Part shown: piece by piece, positions 24,749 through 37,076 of the stretch
How positions within the stretch are numbered: the stretch's first letter is position 1
Layout of the letters: every line of letters begins with the position of its first letter
Assembly: GCA_002269645.1 (NCBI GenBank)
Contig: NIVC01000749.1
Coordinates: 124,001 to 188,000, forward strand
DNA from: Macrostomum lignano
Taxonomy: Eukaryota
Reading direction: 5' to 3'
Length of the DNA: 64,000 nt
The notes under the pieces: model-generated
What the model was told of the DNA's origin: nothing
The model's database searches: none
The model's input: the letters and a program-made list of their open reading frames with translations, nothing else
Translations under genes and position numbers: made by a program

Positions 24749-25934
24749 TGGGTGCATGGGGTCAAAAAGCCGGCCTAAAATCTATCAACCCCCTAAACTG
24801 CTCTAATGTTGTTTGTCTTGAATACAACACTGGGTGGTGTAGTTGCAGATGTGGGGCAATAAGTAATGGGCCCTCTTCAAGAATTTCTTCAAGAATGGGT
24901 GGAAGAGCTTAGGCAGGCCCTAGCCTGTCTATCTACACATTATGGCTAGACTGTGGAGGTGCACAGCCAAGGCCCATTCACTTCTACACAATGGTAATGT
25001 GGGTATTATCAGCAGATTTTCGTGCAATTGTTCTATCACATTGCACAAAAACCTTGGCCTGAATTCTAGCTCAACTGAATAAGTTAACTAGGTTAGGACC
25101 TCGGTAGGTAGACCTTAGCCATGATCTATCCCTGGGCCAAGCAGCGCAGATGCAGCTCCAGTTGCCACCTTGCCTCCTCACACAAAGGCACCAGTACATC
25201 TGTGGCTTATGCTTAGTCCATGGATGTTGTTGCAGCTAAAGTTTGGGTAGACTTATTGGCCTGAGGCAGGCATTGAAGCCCCAATTGGCTTATAGAAGTC
25301 ATTGTTCCATTGGCCAGAGCCAGTTACCATGTGCATCGACATGCAGATAGGCCATGGTTTGTAGCCAGGCCTAGTCAATATTGCTATTACCTTGTCCTAG
25401 CCAGTCTAAGCAACTTGATGCCATATAATACATGTAGCCAGTTGGGGCTGCATCTCTTAGCTGGCATACCCTGTCTATTGCAAGTGGGGTCTTCTATTAC
25501 TAGTTAGTTATCCTGTTAAAAGAGAAATATCTATGGTTCTTAGAGAAGGGAACTAATACATCTTCACTCTCTGGCACAACATGGACTAAAATATACCTTT
25601 GTGTAGCTTGATTGTTTATTTGTATTTGGAATATGTAAATTTAATTTTTTTAAAGTGGCTCAAAGTTAGATAAAGTCCTTAGTATTGACCATAGGGTGCT
25701 TAGCGAGATATATGGCCTAAAACTCTCTTTATAGGAGGCGTTAGACTGACAAGATGAGGGGATGCTGACTTATCACGTCACATTTAGCCCAAATGTTTGC
25801 CACCACGCCTCAATTACTTGACAAGGGGACACTTGGTCCAAAATTCCAATTACAAAGTTGCCACTTTAGATATTTTATTAGAACAATAAAGCAAGTATAA
25901 AAGCGTTAAGTAAGAATGATTATACCAATTTAAA

Positions 25935-26110
25935 CATACATGCGCAACCTTGGGAATCACTCGGCCGTTTCTATTGGCAACACACACACATGTAAGTCGC
26001 TTTTGGCTGAGAGCAGTCACGTGACTACTATTCCGTCCAATAGCGACTTACATGTGTGTGTGTTGCCGGTAGAGGCGGCCGGGTGAATCCCTAGGTTGCG
26101 CCCAAGCATG
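25935..26110. mobile_element. P-element-like MITE, 176 bp, near-palindromic
   Basis: CATACATGCGCAACCTTGGGA ... TCCCTAGGTTGCGCCCAAGCATG; perfect 8-bp TSD AATTTAAA (25927-34, 26111-18). Confidence 0.88.
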
Positions 26111-26869
26111 AATTTAAACAACCACGAGCAAGAGTGGTTAATTAATTTTGGTTAAGCATTTAAATAAACATTTTAGTAATAGTTCAAGGTGCAAAAGACC
26201 ACCGTTCAAACATAAGTAACTAAACTTAGACCCAGTTATTTAGGCAACCAAACCTGTTTCTAATACAGGAAATAGATGGGTCCTTAAGATCTTTTCTCTT
26301 TCATCTCTGACTCTTTTTATCCTTTTCAGCCAAAAAACTTGTTCAGTCTGCACTTTCCTATAATGTGCACTGAGGATTTGCCTGGATGGCGCAAATTATA
26401 ATGAAGTCTCTTTCAATGCTTTCTGTAATAGAAATCTTGCTGTCTGACTCTTCAGTAGCATCCAGAGATTCACTAACACCTTAGTCTCACTAATTGCTAA
26501 TGAGATTTATTCTCTTGAGCCACAGGTGGCGCGGCCTTGTCAGCACTTTCACCTGGCTCTTCTAGCAATTCTCCTGTTTCTGAATTAGCTATTACATTAT
26601 CAGCTCACCAAGTAATCAAATAGTTAGGAGCAGACTGCTCATACTCACTTTCAGAGGTTGAAAAATCGGCAGTTGGAAAGGCTGATTGGTTATAAGATAT
26701 TTTGCAAATTTGCTAGCTTTTATTGGTACTATATTTAATTAAGTATAGCTTGCTAAAATGCAGCTGAGTAACTAATTAAAGTTTGTATACTTAGTATATC
26801 ATGTTACTTGATTAAAGAAACGAGACGCACACAGTAAAACGCTTCAAATTGACTCTTAGGCAACTCTGA

Positions 26870-26990
26870 CAACTTTTTGGCGACTTGTACTGTACCGTTA
26901 CATTTTAGAGTCGTCTAGAGTCACTTCTTTTCTATTTTACCTGTTTTAACTGAAACAAATCTGGAAGAACTCTGGTAAGAAGCAAGTGAC
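26870..26990 (+). repeat. Dispersed repeat family, also at ~29290-29440 and ~63190-63350
   Basis: Shared blocks such as GTCGTCTAG..AGAGTCACTTCTTT.CTATTT and CCTGTGTTACCTGCAAC.ACTCTGAAAC. Confidence 0.6.
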
Positions 26991-27055
26991 TCTGAGCCGC
27001 TTCTTAGCCCAGGTACCATTTTCATCGTGTAATATATCTCTACATGTAATTACAG

Positions 27056-27498
27056 GCGCAGTGGCGCAGCTGCGCAGATCTTCGCCTTTTATCGGCGCTG
27101 CCCAGTCTTTGCATTAAGAAGCGTCGAAACAATAGCCGGGAGGGTCAATGCCGACAGTCCGTTAGCTTATTGGCTCTCGGGCCGCATCTGCTCCGATTGG
27201 AGGATGGCACTGAGACGCCGGGCCTGGCAGTGCTGGGCCTCCAGCCTGGCCGGACAGTTGTGGAATCGCCAACGGGAACCAATGATCAGCAGCGGTCGCT
27301 ATTTGCTGTAGTCTATGATGCCAACAATGGCAGGGTTACAGCTGAGCCTATTATTGACCAACAGTTGAGCGCATGCGGCGAAACTACTACGCCATCTTTA
27401 TCAGTTGAGGATAACGCGGACGATTTATATGTAAATGGCGTTGAGGTTACTCTGGATGGCTGCGACCTGTTGCCCGGATCGGCTATTGTCTGCGGAAG
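27056..27498 (+). CDS. Host exon encoding a kinesin-3/PHLDB/afadin-type FHA-like domain
   Basis: TACAG acceptor at 27055; open frame AQWRS..GPHLLRLEDG..LGLQPGRTVVES..LYVNGVEVTLDGCDLLPGSAIVCG; AG|GTGAAC donor. Resembles the PHL..GRT..YVNG..L..G..I..G pattern of this FHA group. Confidence 0.7.
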
Positions 27499-27793
27499 GT
27501 GAACGTTTTGTTCGAATAAAAAAAACTTTTGACTCGAGTCTTGACTCGAAAATCCAGGTGTTAATTAACTGGGGCTTCGAAAGTTCGAAAATTTGAATTC
27601 CGTCTTGAATTAATAATAATCTACTTAAAGTATCTATCAATATTATAATCATTGAGCTCCTTGGAGTCTGCAAACTTCTGCAACTTTGAGGGTCGGAGTG
27701 GCTCAGTAATGTAAATATTAGAGGGTAAAGAATTGATTTTTGAGATTTCGAAAATAAGACGAGTAAAGATGACGCGTGTCTTCTTAACTACAG

Positions 27794-28079
27794 ATGCGTG
27801 TTCCTCTTCTGCTGGGGCAGACACAATCAATTGGACTGTTCAGATGTCCCGGCAGCCAGATTCCTTGCCAGCCAAGTCGATGTTGCTGCTCTACGACGGG
27901 ATAATTCCGATTTAAGAGCTCGAGCTCGCGACCTCACTGATGCTGCTGGTCGGGCCGACAGTTTGGCCGTGAGAATCTCGGCAGCTGTTGGTCGTTTAGA
28001 AAATGCGCTGTTTCAGCAACAGCAGCATCAGCAGCAAACTGCTAGCCCACTGCTGGCTGCTTGCTCTCAGTCGCCATCT
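27794..28079 (+). CDS. Next exon: FHA C-terminal strand plus coiled-coil and Gln-rich segment
   Basis: CTACAG acceptor; phase-2 join gives ..IVCGRCVFLFCW; VAALRRDNSDLRARARDL heptads; TCT|GTGAGT donor. Confidence 0.72.
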
Positions 28080-28266
28080 GTGAGTTCAATTAATGTTGCC
28101 AACGATTTTTGTTAGGGTTATTAGGGTTGACAGTTAATTTTTGGTTGTGGCAGTCAAATGTCACGGACAAGTTAAGTGTCACTAGCATTGAATTGTATTA
28201 GACTCTGTATTTCTGTATTCAGTTATGTTTGTTATGCAAGTTCTTATAAATGCTGTATTCCACATA

Positions 28267-28517
28267 GGGGGCTGTAGCCTAGTGGTTAGAACGTCGGACT
28301 CACGACTTGAAGATCGGAGGTTCGATTCCCGATCTCTCTAACAATTTGTGTCCTTGAGCAAGACACAACTCTGCATTGCTTCAGTTCACCCAGCCCCAGG
28401 TGTAAAATGGGTGCCAGCATTAGCTTGGGTAACTGAGTGTGTGGCGACCCCCCAGTCCTTGGACTGAACAGCCGTACGCAGTCTTAAGATGCGCGCGCAA
28501 TAGCTGCGGCTGAGCTG
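28267..28517 (+). mobile_element. tRNA-derived SINE, family A copy 2 (full head)
   Basis: GGGGCTGTAGCCTAGTGGTTAGAACGTCGGAC..GGAGGTTCGATTCCC head plus body homologous to 6629-6890. Confidence 0.85.
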
Positions 28518-28690
28518 TCGGTTGCACATCTGGCCTAATTAGGGCAGCTGTAATCAATTATTATTATTATTCCACAAAACTGAGATTGAACTGAGTTGCA
28601 AAATATTTTGTAGTTTACAGTTAGTGTGCATTTATCATTATCTACCTGATTGAGGCTGTATTGCTAAACCCTAAATTTCCATTCCAACAG

Positions 28691-28825
28691 CGGGAGCAGG
28701 AGCAGGTGATAATTCGCTCTCACCAGATCAACTGCGTGTTAATACGGTCCTTGCCAACTGCGGGGCAAGCCGATTATAAGATTGATACGGCCGACCGTTA
28801 CCATGAAGATGATACATTTGAACAG
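28691..28825 (+). CDS. Possible further exon of the FHA gene
   Basis: CCAACAG acceptor, phase 0 compatible, REQEQVIIRSHQ..DDTFEQ, CAG|GTTTGC donor; weak support. Confidence 0.35.
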
Positions 28826-29455
28826 GTTTGCCTTTACATGCGCAGGCTATGCTAAAATGCTTTTGATAAAATTGTCGCCCGTGAGTGCCAAGCTCCAAAG
28901 CACATTCAAAGCACATAGTGTACTTACCTGACGGTTAGAAAGTTATGTCCGCTGTACCCCCTGCGTGAGCGTGTGCGCCTGCGTGCGTATATCCGTTGAA
29001 AACGTTACCGTGGCAAGAATCGCTAAAGAGTAATTGCAAAAAAACTCACTAGTGCAAGCGATTGTAATGCGACGCAGATGCCACTGTTGAGTCACGAGCG
29101 CATCACATGAGTTGTAGAATCGTAAGAGTCGCGAAAAAGTTCAAGAGTCGCCGTGTTGTCATTGTAAATTCGAAAGGCGATTCTAATTCCTATAGTGACG
29201 CAGACGCGCTTTAGGCGAAAGTCAGTGACTTTATAGCGACTCCAGCATGTCTCAGGTACGACTCTACGCCCCGATGTCACTTGTGTCGCCCCAGAGTCGT
29301 TTCGTAGTCGCAGACAATAAAACGCCTGAAATTGACTTTTTGGCGACTTGCACCGTGATATCTCGTCGTTTAAAAACGTCTAATAGTTGTTTCTTTTTTA
29401 TTTTACCTGTGTTACCTGCAACGACTCTGAAACGGCTTTGGGGTGACGCAAGGGA

Positions 29456-31855
29456 CTCTCCCCTAAACAACGGAATTGTCATAAAAAGAGGCTGTGACCA
29501 TCCCACTTGTGACCGTGACCGTTTAATGTGACCATTCATATTCATGAAAATAGGGTCACATGTTACCGTTCACTGTGACCATATTTCGTAACCACTTTGA
29601 CCTTGTGTGTCCGTTGTGTGACCGGCAATCGCATCAGAAATTAGTAACAAGAAATTTAATCTATATATTTGAATATCCTCAATATTAATAATGATTTATA
29701 TTAAATGTACGAGCTAAAATGCCATGATTTTCTTCTATATTGGTAAGCAGTAGTCGCAGTAGTAAAAAATCTAGTAAAAGATAGTAAAAATGTATTTGTA
29801 TATGCATGCGCAGACTGCCATAATTTTTTAGAGGTAAATGTTGGAATAGATGATTAAACAAATTATGAAATATGAAAAGAAGTACAGAGTGTAATATAAC
29901 TCTTCGATCTGCCGTCGCTGGCTTTCTCTGTAGCCGTCGGCAGTCTGCTGCGCCAACTCCGCGGCGGCTGTCCGGAGGTTTAAAAGGTGGTGCAGCTGTT
30001 AGGAAAGTTGATACCGATTGTCAGGCACTGGCACCGACCTCTGCAGCCGCTTTGTGCAGTATGGCCCTTTGCATACACGCACGCGGTAGGCTTTGCTGCT
30101 GTGGAGATCTTTCCTGGCTTAATGGTGACCTCGTCGTCCACTGACAGTCGGCTTGGGTCTACTGAGCCGTCAGTAACAATGCACTTGTCGGCGCAGATGT
30201 CACAAGCTGACCGCCGTCTTCCGGTGCGTATTCGAATACCCAGTAGCTACATGCTGTTTGGCCACCCGAGACCTTAGTAGCAGTGGCAGAAGCACCAGTG
30301 GCAGAGGTGCTGGGAGCGGCAGCAGCTATGAAGGGCGACTATACTTATTCAGCTCATTAAGCAGTAAACCTGCTTCTTCCAATTCCTTTTCTGCACCCAT
30401 AAGAGCTGCGGCACAATTATCTTGCAGGGCCTTCTTAATGTGCTGCACAACATGTGGTGTCTCGATAGACATACAGAAAGCCACGGTTAATTAGGCAAGT
30501 AAGAATTCGGCAAAGTACGCTCCACTAAGGACGACGACCCCGCGCTTATATTTGCATCCAAGCATGAATTAATACACGATCGATAATTTCGGCAACACAA
30601 ATAATATTAACTATTTGCATAACATTAACGTTGATGCCTACTTATAGAAGAGTAGTAAGAAAATACCCCTTTAAAAAACTAAGCTTGTTATTTTGTAAAA
30701 CGGCTCTTTTAAGGGCTCCTTGTTACAACTCAACACATCATTCTCCTGCGTCTCCTAGGTCTCTGGCTGAGCCGCCCCATAGGTAGTGAACGTTTCAGAG
30801 GCACTATTTAGATCGGCCGGAAATAACGGATTGTCTCTGGTCACCGGACTGCGCTTTGAAAGCCAAGTTTACTGAAATGGTTTGGCGCAGTATCGCGAAG
30901 CAGCCTCACCTGGGTTCCCGAATCATTGCACGCTCCTTGTCTATTTATCGCTGCATCTCCTTGTCAGCCTCCTGACACTCTAGGTGGAAACCAGAAGGCA
31001 GTGTGGGCTAGTAAAGCTGACTCACTAACTTCCGAACCCTCTCCTGGTCAAAAGGTGACTTGGACAGCCACTTAATTTTTTGAAATGTGACAATGGGTCA
31101 ATTTATACATCAATAATCGAAATAATCGATAATTGCACAATGGAACCAGGGGGGGGGGGGCTAGCTAGAACGGGCAGGAGAGAGTAAGGGTTGGGGGTTG
31201 GGTAAAGAAAACACTGACTTCAGTTCAGTGCGCCCCGGTCTGGTCTCCTGCTTAGCAGCAGCAGCTGGCAGCTCCTTCACACTGCGCAAAGTGCGGCCCT
31301 CAGAACCATTACTGGGTGCCACAGCTGCGCACCAATCGGGCACCTGCATGATGAAACTTTGATTCTGCCCGTCCGCATTCATTGAATTCAGTGACTGGCG
31401 CACAAGCTGCAAGCCTGAAATAGTTAAACAGTGCAGATGCACCATGGCACATCAATTATGTTCTGATTTCAAACTAAATTCTGAATACACCTAAAATATT
31501 GTACTGTCTAAAATTTCTAGGTCTTTTTACCCTAAATTCAGACAAAGTTGGCAACAAACATTTGCGTAGCGCCACATTCCGAAATAACGAAGTCCTGGCA
31601 TTCTATTAATTCTCAATTAAAACGACAAGAGCTGATAGGACGTATGATTACAAAATATAGTTACAAAACGGTTACGAAATATGGCCGCAGTGAATGGCAA
31701 CAAGGTGACCCTGAACAAAACGGTCAAAATACGGTCACAGTGAACGGTAACATGGTGACCCTGAACAAAACGGTCACAAATGGTAACAGGTGACCATGAC
31801 AGTTACGAAACGGTTACAGCCCCTTTTTGTGATTATTCCGTTTTATATGGGAGTG
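29456..31855. mobile_element. Non-autonomous CACTA/EnSpm-like element, 2.4 kb
   Basis: Imperfect TIRs CTCTCCCCTAAACAACGGAATTGTCATAAAAAGAGGCTGTGACC versus reverse complement CACTCCCATATAAAACGGAATAATCACAAAAAGGGGCTGTAACC; 3-bp TSD GGA; subterminal GGTCAC/GTGACC repeats; decayed ORF fragments inside at ~29900-30490 (-). Confidence 0.68.
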
Positions 31856-33357
31856 GGACGCTTCTTGGCGTAGGTACCGTTTTCATCGGGTATCCGTGTG
31901 CATGCTGAGGGGCAGTGGAATGGGCATGACTGCTTGCCTGGCTGCGGGTTGACTGTCGCCTTCGACTACCCCCCCCCCCCTGCAAAATAAAACTAAGTAA
32001 CTGACTTGACAACTTTTCAGTCATCTGCCAGCAACTCAGTTCTACTAACAGCTCCGCCTGAGCTTCTACGCTCAACTGTACACCATCGTCCTAAACTTCT
32101 AATGGAGCATCAATCACTAGGCGAGCTAGCTTTGCTAAGCCTTAGCAACAGCAGCAGCTTGGTCAGTGTTTCATGTCGTAATAAGAGTTGCGCACAGATA
32201 CGACACCAGTTTCTTTTGGGCATCTCGGCGGATGTGTGCGACAAACTGGTTGTGGCACTGAACGGCATCAATGAGTGTTGCACCAAGCAGTGGCTGTTTG
32301 ATCGAATCTGTGAAGCTGTAGCCGAAATCGGGTGGACTATGACCGTGGCTGATTAAATTAATCCCACAGAAATGCATTTGAGAAGGAGTCACTCAACCGT
32401 TTTTTTTTTCATTTTCATCTCCGTATTAATTTTTATCATGTGTCTTTAGTTAACAGATTTTAATGAAGTTTTTCCTTTCGACTTTTTTGCAACAGTTATT
32501 TCATTGAAATAAATAATTAATTAACCAAAAATCTATTCCTTTTTGTGTACTGGAAATTTTTTTAAATCAGTTTTGATTTCTTTCTCATAGTAGAAAGCGA
32601 ATTTTTAGTATTGAACCCCTGCCGGGATCCTGTTACAGTAAAAAGTTTCAATTCTAACGCTACTGAAACATTTCTAGCTATACCTTTTTAACTTGGATTT
32701 CGTCATGCATGCACAATAATAGGGTTAGGGTGTGCTATAGGCTTAAAAAAGCTTGTGTTTTAGGTAGAGAAGAGAAAAAGTGTCTTCGAATTTGACGAAG
32801 CGAGTGAAATTCATCAGCGTGTATGTTGTCTTGAGCGTGTACAACGCTAGTCGAATTTATAAAGTTTGTATTGATTGATAAAGCATTGCAACGCAAAGCA
32901 AATTATAGCGCTAATGGTATAGAGAGACGAGAGAGACGGATACAAGCTGGCTGTAGGGACACAGTTCACTTATTTCGTCGAATTTGAAGTTTTTCCTCAT
33001 CCCATCAGTCAAGTTTGTGTTGACAAATTTCACCCACTGTACCAATATATCATTTTAATCTTAACTTTAGAAATTAAGTGACTTAGCTTCGATCCAACCG
33101 TTCAAGCTGGTACATGTCAATGAATGAAACCGAAAAAATCGAGCTTCATGGGGTGTTGCATAGAATTGATTAGTGTGATGCGACAAGTAACAAGCTGAAT
33201 AGTGACAAGCTACAAGTGTATGTGATTTTCGTTGCACACACGCACTTGTACACCTTTTTTCATTCAATTTCAACCAAAGTCGCATTCAATTTCAGCAAGC
33301 TGGCATTCATAATCGGCAATCTAAATTTAGCCAACCAAATCTTCATTCAATTTAAGC

Positions 33358-33671
33358 CATGGAGGAAAGAATAGAATGGAGTGCTAATCTGAGCCAGTTA
33401 TTTTTATCTCGCTCGATCTTAACTTTTAACATCCCTTTCCCCCCGTTCTTTCCTATTGGCTCGTGACTGCCATAGACAAAGTATTTTTCGTCTCGTTTTC
33501 GTTTTCGTTCCCCTCTGAAAGGTCTGTCCCAGCATAGTATGAGCTCGCATCAAAATCTGCTTTCAGCCAATAGGAAGGAACGGGGGGGGGAAAGGGATGT
33601 TAAAAGCGAAAATCGAGCGAGATAAAAATAACTGGCTCAGATTAGCACTCCATTCTATTCTTTCCTCCATG
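33358..33671. mobile_element. P-element-like MITE, 314 bp, inserted in the Tc1 left TIR
   Basis: ~100-bp TIRs starting CATGGAGGAAAGAATAG; perfect 8-bp TSD ATTTAAGC (33350-57, 33672-79); absent from the right TIR. Confidence 0.92.
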
Positions 33672-33959
33672 ATTTAAGCATGCTCGCATTCCATTTTAGC
33701 GAACCACATTCAATTTCGGCAACCTGTATTTAATTTAATTTTGTCTCAAACTTGTCTGCTCGTCTATGGGTAAACTTTATTGACGCGTGCAGATTTTGCA
33801 CTCAATTTCGACAATTTTCAAATTCAGCAAAACACATTGGATTGCAACCACAGACGAATGTTCGGTTCCATGTACAGTTTACATCCAAAGAGGCTTTGTC
33901 AATCCTTTCATCTCAATTCATCCCCAGCTTTCTGTTTTTTTCGACTACAAGTGTAGATA

Positions 33960-35068
33960 TCGAGCATAGATATGAGACGATGAGATCATTGAAGAACAAG
34001 GTGACGAAGAAATTGAGTCAGAAGAAGAAGGTCGGGGACCATACGCACGAGTTTCTGACGGAGATAGAGCCCGCCTTATCGATGCCCACGAGACAGGGCA
34101 GGAATATTTACAACTTGCAGAGCTCATGAACATGTAAAGTGAACATCAGGCCGCCGATATAAACGACCAAAGGGCGGAAGGCGGTACTCAAAGTTCGATG
34201 AGGAGATGCTGCAGCATTGTACTGAACTACTGGAAAACAATTCTGTTCTGACGCTAAAAGGAATCAATGATCGATTGCGCATAAGATTTCCGGACAAAAC
34301 AGCTGTTTCGATGACTACACTAAGCCGACAACTGGAGGGCCATGCGTACACTATCAAACTTGTTCGAGACGTGCCCGCAGAACGCAATTCCCCGGCAGTC
34401 CTAGCAGAGCGTGAAGCTTATTGTAACTGGTGGTGCTCGGTCGATGTTATCAATGCTCCCAAGGTGTTCATCGATGAATTCGGATTCGACACCTGGATGC
34501 GACGTCAACAGGGAATGTCGCTCCGCGGTCAACGGGCCTACAGAACCGTTTCCGGCCAAAAGGGCACTCGCATCACCATCTGCGTCGCCGTTTCGCCTCA
34601 GATTGGTCTGATCCACTATCAAGCGTATACTCGCGGCAAGACAAAGGAGAGATTTGCCGAATTTCTGCAAGTTGTGATGGGTAACGCTCAAATGACCTGG
34701 CCGCACCGCACCAACTTGCATACCTTATTTTTGATGTCAGCAGCCATAATGACGCTGAATTACAAGAGGTTGTGGGACTGGCTAAGTTCCGTCGACTCCC
34801 TAGATACAGTCCATTTTTAACACCCGTTGAGAGCGCCATCTCCGCATGGAAGGCGGAACTCAGTAACAGCCGCGAAGTTTTCATCAATCCATCCGACGAA
34901 GCTCGCGCTGGGCGTACACTGGCTGAATATCGAAGGGACGAGCTGATGCGCTTCGCCGATTTAACAGTGAACGACAGCGTCACTCAGGACAAGTGTATCC
35001 AGTGGTACAATCACTGCTTCAGCTTTGTACCGAGATGCCTGGCCAGGATGCACATCAATGGGGACTGA
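33960..35068 (+). pseudogene. Tc1-like DDE transposase, frameshifted
   Basis: Helix-turn-helix-like LTLKGINDRL..SMTTLSRQL; VFIDEFGF; GTRITICVAVSPQIGLIHY; second frame RLPRYSPFLTPVESAISAWKA. Confidence 0.9.
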
Positions 35069-36268
35069 AGGGCCACACTTGACGTGACTTCGATTTCTGC
35101 TTCTGTTCCCTATGACACTGTACATGTATTGGACGACATTTGTTTCGTTTTACGTTTGGTTAATAAAATTTTGCTGAATTTGAAAGCAGATTGCCGAAAT
35201 TGAGTGCAAAATCTGCACGCGTCAATAAAGTTTACCCATAAACGAGCAGACAAGTTTGAGACAAAATTAAATTGAATACAGATTGCCGAAATTGAATGTG
35301 GTTCGCTAAAATGGAATGCGAGCATGCTTAAATTGAATGAAGATTTGGTTGGCTAAATTTAGATTGCCGATTTTGAATGCCAGCTTGCAGAAATTGAATG
35401 CGACTTTGGTTGAAATTGAATGCAAAAAGGTGTAGGTTTTCTACAAGCTACAAGCTTGTGCGCACGATTGACCATAGACATTCACTGGGCAAGCAAAATT
35501 TTTGGGGTCTATATTGTACGAGCTCGTAGAACTTGACCAGATAAGTCAAATGATAAGTTAGATAAGAAGCCATCGTTGTCATCCCACACACAGAGTTAGT
35601 TACTGTTATTATAATGTCTTTAACAAACGAGAACAAGCTCCTGCTTGGTCTAGTACGAGAGTACAAGAGAGACTGCTGCAGACGCTCGCCAATCAGATGA
35701 AACAATTCGTCGACATGTTCCTCGTGCAAGCGAAACCTCGGCTGATGATCATTGTAGTCAACATAAAAGTCGAAATTTATCCTTTCCTTGAATGTTCGGG
35801 GACGCTTAATTGGCTCATCTGCATCGGAATCTTCGGAATCTGACTCGTAGAATATTTTCGCTCAATGGATGCGATATGCTTTCAACCGATTACAAGCTTA
35901 AATAGCTCGTGGTTTACTCAACTTGTCACACTCGAATTTACTATGACACTAGTCAACATTAGATTCTATGCAACAAACCGCTTGTAGCGCGACTATTCAC
36001 TATTCACTTGTAGCTTATCGCCTACTTGTAACTAGTCAAGTCTCTATGCAACACAAGTCTCTATTCACTATTCACTTGTCAAGCTTGTAGCTTGTAACTT
36101 GCGACTAATCAATTTTATGCAACACCCCCTGGCGTTCCAGTAATATTATTTATCCATGATCTAGGTCAGATAGGTTTCACGAATTCGAAGTCAGCACTTT
36201 AGTCTGTGGTACACAGAACTGGCACAAAAGTCGCAGGTAAAAATAAAACACGTTATTTTTTACACCCG

Positions 36269-36792
36269 ATGCTCTCTTTTTTACGCCCTCTAGCAGCAGC
36301 CGCTTCTCGATTTGGAACCTTGCCAAGCACAGCAGCAGCAGCAGTCTCGCTACTCACCCAGCAACCAGTGCAGCAAGTAGCTCTGTTCTCAGCGAGTCTC
36401 CAAGCAACTCAGCAGCCAGTTATGGACCGATCTCTCTACACGGTGCCCACAGACGCCCCGGTGACTTTCTTGGCCTGCGGGCCCGCATTTGAGAAGCTGA
36501 GCCAGGCTGAGAAGGCGTACGCCTATCACCTGTACCGGGCCTCTTGGATAGGCGGCCTGATCTGCCTGCACCAGACCAGCGCTGAGTCTCCCGGACTCTT
36601 CCTGGTGCTGCAGTCGGTGTTCCGGCGACAGACGCCTGAGCAGCTGCGAGCCGCCTGCAAAGCTGGCGTCTCCGATGCGGACTGGGACGCATTTCTCATG
36701 TACGCCACTCAGGTGCTGGGCAACTTGGGCAACTATAAATCATTTGGCGACACGAAAATTCTGCCGGATCTATCTGAGGAGGCGCTCGACAA
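36269..36792 (+). CDS. DPP3: DPP3 exon 1 (second in-frame ATG at 36422)
   Basis: [31 protein letters not shown]; AA|GTGAGT donor. Confidence 0.93.
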
Positions 36793-37044
36793 GTGAGTAT
36801 TATCTATGTTCTCGTTCATTTGTGGCTGCGCAGATCGCTGTCACGTGACTTGCTGTCTTCGCTGAGTTGAAACACCTTGGCTGCATATATATGTGTATGA
36901 TCTTATGAGCAATTTGATAAAAAGGCAAAAAGTTGCTAGTTCGGCTATAGACATCAGAACAGAGGATGCCAAGAGCGCTCTCTCTCTTTCTCTTCCTCTC
37001 CCTCTCTCACTCTCTTCCCTCTCTTTCTCTCTTCTCTCTCTCTC

Positions 37045-37076
<32 letters not shown>

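Larger units (their letters stand above)
33251..35432 (+). mobile_element. Tc1/mariner (IS630-like) DNA transposon with ~280-bp TIRs
   Basis: TA on both flanks (33249-50, 35433-34); long inverted arms built from CATTCAATTT repeats; transposase inside. Confidence 0.92.
33150..36128 (-). mobile_element. PIF/Harbinger-derived element hosting a Tc1 insertion
   Basis: TIR GGGGTGTTGCATAGAATTGATTAGT / ACTAATCAATTTTATGCAACACCCC; minus strand ~35640-35850 reads KRPRTFKERINFDF..PRFRLHEEHVDELFHLIGERL, like a Harbinger transposase N-terminus; TSD not evident. Confidence 0.65.

Noticed and set aside
28267-28340. tRNA gene call
   Set aside because: A and B boxes are present but run directly into a SINE body shared with 6629-6890; no complete acceptor stem.
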